DNA of 64,000 bases, from NCBI RefSeq assembly GCF_006345805.1, contig NC_043002.1:9796001-9860000 (forward strand), read 5' to 3'. Shown here piece by piece: positions 58,999-64,000 of this stretch. Both the position numbers and the translations under genes were made by a program. Numbering within the stretch: the stretch's first letter is position 1; every line of letters starts with the position of its first letter. Origin of the DNA: Octopus sinensis. Lineage: Eukaryota. The notes under the pieces were generated by a model, which saw only the letters and a list, made by a program, of their open reading frames with translations, ran no database searches and had not been told where the DNA came from.

Positions 58999-61900
58999 AT
59001 GGCTAAGCTGGGATGCCTAAACATACGTGGAATGGGGTCGAAATGGAAACAAATTTGTTTCCTGAACGACCTCACGACACAAGGTATAGATGTTGCTATC
59101 GTAACCGAGTCCAAGATGAGCGAGACCCAAGCGTTCTCACCTCTTCTAAATGGTTTCGAGAAATTTATTTCTCCTAGCCGAGGAGGAGGAAGAGGCGTGG
59201 CAGTCTTCATCAGGAAGAGCTTGGACCTGCAGGTAAGTACTGTCTTTCTGGACCCAGAAGGCAGGCTGGTTGTCCTGGATGTGACTCACGCAAGTAAACA
59301 GTCCTTCAGGTTGGTAGCTGTCTACGCCCCGAACGAGGGTAGACAGTCGGGTTTCTTTCGAAGCCTGGAGCCCTTTCTGGCGACGTCGAAAACAGTAATA
59401 CTAGTAGGGGACTTTAACACTGTCCTTGAAGCGCACATCGACAGTGTTGGCTCAACTAATAGGAAGGGGAATCCTAGCCTCAAGGGTCTACTGGAGAGCT
59501 TTGATCTAGTGGACCGTTACCGACTGGATGAGCCGAGCGTTCCACAGTGGACGTGGAGTAACAACGACGGCTCACACAGATCGTACCTAGATAGGATAAT
59601 TATAAAAAAAAGAGATAAGGATACGTTTAGTTGTCCACAATTTATATTGTACCTTACTCGGATCACAAGTTTGTGACGTGTGAGGTGCAATTAGACAAGT
59701 GTCATAGACAGGGACCCGGGTACTGGAAGCTGAACAAGGCTATTTTGAATTGTGAAGACTTCCGTACCCGGATTTAGGAGTTAGTTCAGAGGGCATTGTG
59801 CGGCACCGTCATTAACAATAGATGGTGGCACGCCCTCAAAAGAGCCATTCGATTAGAGTCCGTTAGATTTAGCAATCAGATAAGGACAGATAGGGCTAGT
59901 CTAGAGGGCGATTTAGTTAAGAAGCTAGACGAGGCAATGGAAGCTGGCTCTGCATCCGGAGTACTGGCGGCAAGGACGGTATTGTACCGACACCTTGACT
60001 CCAAACACGAAGGTTGCAGAGTCAGAGCTAAGCTGCGCGCCGGGAAACGAGAAGGTGTTAACGTAGCCGGATGGGCCCGTCGTGTGGAGAGTAAGAGAGG
60101 CAACAGAGCCTCAATAAAATCTTTGACTGGCGAACAGGGACAAAAGATCTATGGACAGGAGGAGATGCAAAAGTTTCTTCACCAGCATTTCGCGCGCGCG
60201 TTCGGGGGTGGGCCCGCTGGACCGGGGGAGTGCCTTAAGGGACTTCCTGGCCGGCGGGCCGCGGCTCGCGGGGCGTGAGGCGGAGTGCTGTGAGGAGCGA
60301 TCACTCCCGCGGAAATAAGGGAAGTGCTGGCCGAGTGCGCCGGGGAGAAATCGCCGGGGCTGGATGGTCTGCCCTACGAGTTTTACCAAAATATGCCGGA
60401 TTTGTTCGGGGGAATACTGGCAGGCGTCTACACGAACTGGCAGCAGAACGGGAGAATTCCCAGTTCTGTAAGCCGGGGAGTGGTGACGCTAATCCAGAAA
60501 GACCCGAGCAAGGGGATATGATTAGTAACTACAGGCCCATAACTCTACTTAATGTAGAGTTAAAGATTTTGGCCAAGGTGTTAGCAAAAAGGTTGACGGT
60601 TGTCGTGGAGAAACTTGTAGGGAGAGCACAGACATGTGCAATTCCAGGCAGGTCGATCCAGGACAACCTTCACCTTATACGCTACACCTTAGATAGGGTG
60701 GGTAAAATAACCGGCAAAGGTGGTGGGGTAATGGTCCACTTGGACCAAAGTAAAGCCTTCGATAGGGTAGACCATGGGTACCTGGCGGCGGTCCTCGAAG
60801 CGACCGGACTGGGTCCCGAATTCCGCGGGTGGATCTCCGCTATGTACAGCGGCATCAAGTCCACCGTCCAGATAAACGGTTACCTAACAGAACCGTTTTC
60901 GATCGAATGTTCAGTACGTCAGGGGTGCCCCTTGTCACCACTTGTACGTATTGGCTCTCGAGCCACTACTGCGAAGGTTGGAGAGGCTGGGGAGTAACTC
61001 AGATGGAATCGGAGGTGGGAGGTCGGTCACTGCCTATGCGGATGACATCACCCTCATCGTGTCCAAGGAGGCCCAACTACCTGGTGTAGAGGAGGCTATC
61101 AGAGGATACGAGGCGGTGGCAGGAGCAAAGGTTAACAGGGACAAATCGGTCGGCTTGCGCCTCGGCACCTGGAGGAACAAGCCGATATTGTCCAGTGTTG
61201 TGGGACACTGGACGGATGGCCCTGTTAAGTTGCTGGGAGTCTGGTTTGGACCGGACTCCCAAACGGAGAAGAACTGGAGCGAGGTGACGGGCAAGGTGGA
61301 GGCCATAATACGGACCTGGTCGGAAGGTCTCTGTCCTTGAAAGGAAGGGCGGAGGTGGTGCAGATGTTTATTGCATCCGTAATCACCTACCGCCTGACCG
61401 TCGTCCCTTGCCCCGACTCATGGCTTAACAAGTTGGAACGAGCCCTCTTCCGCTTTTTGTGGAAAGGAGGAAAGCCACTTGTGAGACGCTCCGTGTGCTG
61501 TCAAGAACCGTTAAAGGGTGGGTTAGGGATGCCTTGGTTGATGATGCGCAGACATGCGTTGAGACTAAGACATCTCTGGCACCACCTGGAAGGTGATAAG
61601 GTGTGGAGTCCGTTGGCAGAGGGATTTTTTCCGAGACCGGCCTCCTTAGTTAATTTTAAACCGGTTACATCAGAAGATGCAATCTGACTCCATGGCAAAA
61701 GGAGTGCCGACAGGCACTCACGCTGATCCACAGGACGGGCAAGGCCGGCTGCGAAATACCACCTCGGTAATTTATAGAGGGCTGGTAGAAGGTAAAAACG
61801 ATGACGTCCTAGGAGGGGCTCTGGGGTTTGATGAAAACCAGCTTGCCAATCTGTTTAAGAAAACGTTCAGGTCGGGGTATTTGGATAATTTCCAAAGATC

Positions 61901-62438
61901 CCTGGCTTGGCAGTGCTACAGGAATGCTTACCTGTTCGCGAAAAGTTATCACGGCACGGAGTTCCAGTGCCACCGACGTGTCCAAGATGCGGGCTGGACG
62001 ATGAAACCGTTCAGCACGCTTTTTTTCATTGTCGGAAGTTGAACGACTTGATAAGTTACGCAGAACACGTGTTATCGCATCTGGGACGAGTACAGCTGTC
62101 GGCTGAGTCTATGATTAAGATGATACCGCCAACTGGACTCTCGAAGGAAGGTGAGGCATGTTTTCACTGCACGGTTGCAGTGGTAAAGGAATGCATGTGG
62201 AGAACGAGAATGGAAGGAACCGCGACAGGGTCATTTGTCTCCGGGCCCGGCTTGCTCACCTACTTCAGATATCATCTGAGAAGCAAGATGGGACTGGAGA
62301 GGAGGACCCTGCCGCGGGGAGTGTATGCGAATAGATGGAAGGAAGTGGAAAGAAAGGTGGGTACGAGAAGGCCAGCTTGACCATGGAGGAGAGAGAGGAA
62401 GTGGAAGCTGCAGGGCCTCAACAATTGCCGGGGTGTGA
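58999..62438 (+). pseudogene. ORF2 of copy 3 (frameshifted as written)
   Basis: Same domains, broken at positions different from those in copies 1 and 2. Confidence 0.9.
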
Positions 62439-63580
62439 AAGCTCCAGTAAAATCACAAAGGTCAGCTACAAGTGTTTGTAACATTAGTTACGCAAAAACT
62501 ATTACTTATAACGAATACAAACGAAACTTTTTTAATCGATTCTCTTAAATTTTCTTGTATGTATGTATGTCCTGTATTCGTCCTTTCTATGTATTAATTT
62601 TTATAATTGTAATAAAGAGATACACTTCTATTTCCTGCATTTACGGATAACATATTGAAGAGAATAGAATTATGGGATTTATACCTACCCGCAGCCATTA
62701 TGGATTACTGCAGAGGATTTTACGACGGACTTGAATTATTTCTTCAAAATTTTAAACCCAAGTTTGTACCAAAACACAGCTATACCAGTAACTTTTTTTA
62801 ACCATCTTTATCGTATGTTTTTTTTAAATAGCATTCCATTGTTACACGGAAATTCACCCTTTTTCTCTGACGAGTAGTTGTATTACCTAATAATGATTAT
62901 CAAATTTAGATTTCATTTCGAAGTGTAATACAAATCATGAAACGATCGTAAGATATTTCAAACTTTTTAAATAATCATACTTTATATATTTATATATCTA
63001 TTAATACAATATTATTTTGGACGTATGTCTTCTGTAATGATTTTTTTACGTAACTTTTCTTGCTCTTACTTTGTAATATATATATATTTACATATATATA
63101 TATATATATATATATAGGTCGAAAGATTCAGACTTAGAGTGCGATGTCTTTATAGGATCAATTCCACAAAGTAAAGAAAGGCTATAAGAGGGATCCAGAT
63201 AAAGCGGTTATAGAGGCAATTATGCCTAATAAAGAAATTAGAAGCATTAAATATATTAAATATAATACTTTGGGTATGAAAAATACAAAATATGTATACA
63301 TGTATATATGCAAAACGAGATAAAGCAAATGTTTGAAACTTTCAGATGCTAATTTTTTAAGTTTAAATATTTAGATATTTATATTAATTAAACCAATTTA
63401 CTCAGAGTAAAAGTGACAGAGAAAATTAAAGGGATGGAAGATGTTCTAAGTACCACAGCTATTTTCGGGAGCTCGGAGATCCATAATAATGTTGGTATAT
63501 GTAGTTCCTCACAATATGCAGCAGTATGGACTTAATTGTGTATGTGTGTTTATGTGTGTGTATATCGGAAACATATGTGA

Positions 63581-63916
63581 AGGCGCATGGCTCAGTGATT
63601 AGAGTGTCGAACTTACGATCGTGAGGTCGTGAGCTCGAATCCCGGACCAGGCTGCGTGTTGTGTTCTTGAGCAAGACACTTTATTTCACGTTGCTCCAGT
63701 TAACTCAGCTGTAGAAATGAGTTGCAACGTCACGGGTGCCAAGCTGTATCGGCCCCTTTGCCTTTCCCTTGGATAACACTGGTGGCGTGGAGAGGGGAGG
63801 CCAGTATGCATGGGCGACTGCTGGTCTTCCATAAACCACCTTGCCCAGACTTGTGACTAGGAGGGTAACTTTCTAGGTGCAATCCCATGGTCAGTGTCGT
63901 GAGCAAAGGGGGTCCC
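63581..63916 (+). mobile_element. SINE family D, full length
   Basis: Reverse-complement homologue of 24335-24667. Confidence 0.88.
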
Positions 63917-64000
63917 GATATCGGAAACAAAGCACAGCACACACATATTGTGTCTCTGAGGGTTATCTAGTAGCGCGTGCGGACGGCTAAACCAGGGAGA

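Larger units (their letters stand above)
57334..62623 (+). mobile_element. Full-length Tx1-B LINE, copy 3
   Basis: Near-identical to copies 1 and 2; spacer at 57321-57333 (one C short); final ACTTCTATTTCCTG at 62624-62637. Confidence 0.95.

Noticed and set aside
62638-62870. ~65-codon open frame in the right flank of the LINE array
   Set aside because: It has no early ATG, a stop just upstream in the reconstructed empty site, and no recognisable motif or splice context.

Overview
Repeat-dense, AT-rich animal genomic DNA with no prokaryotic features. The SINE families look like octopus/coleoid cephalopod repeats; this is inferred from recalled repeat sequences, not from a search. Nearly all long ORFs in the track belong to transposons or are microsatellite artefacts. 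Main contents: (1) A young Ty3/Gypsy LTR element (129-4626, 235-bp LTRs, CTCTC TSD) nested in a TIR element. (2) A complete 5-exon minus-strand gene that the ORF track does not show as a gene. It has a TATA/Inr promoter at ~28.2 kb and coding exons 17681-17606, 10021-9884 and 5466-5324. It encodes a 118-aa secreted protein with a signal peptide and two Cys-rich modules. A diverged, inverted copy of its promoter, exon 1 and intron start lies at 38.7-39.4 kb. (3) A head-to-tail array of three ~5.3-kb Tx1-clade LINEs (46706-62623), separated by one repeated 14-bp target sequence. (4) Many SINEs of four families. One family shares its 3' tail with a Tx1 LINE, inserts at GGTA sites and forms multimers. 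(5) Relics of mariner, maT, Penelope, R4/Dong, RTE, Gypsy and Helitron elements, MITEs and long microsatellites. All alignments and translations were done by eye, so relic boundaries are approximate.
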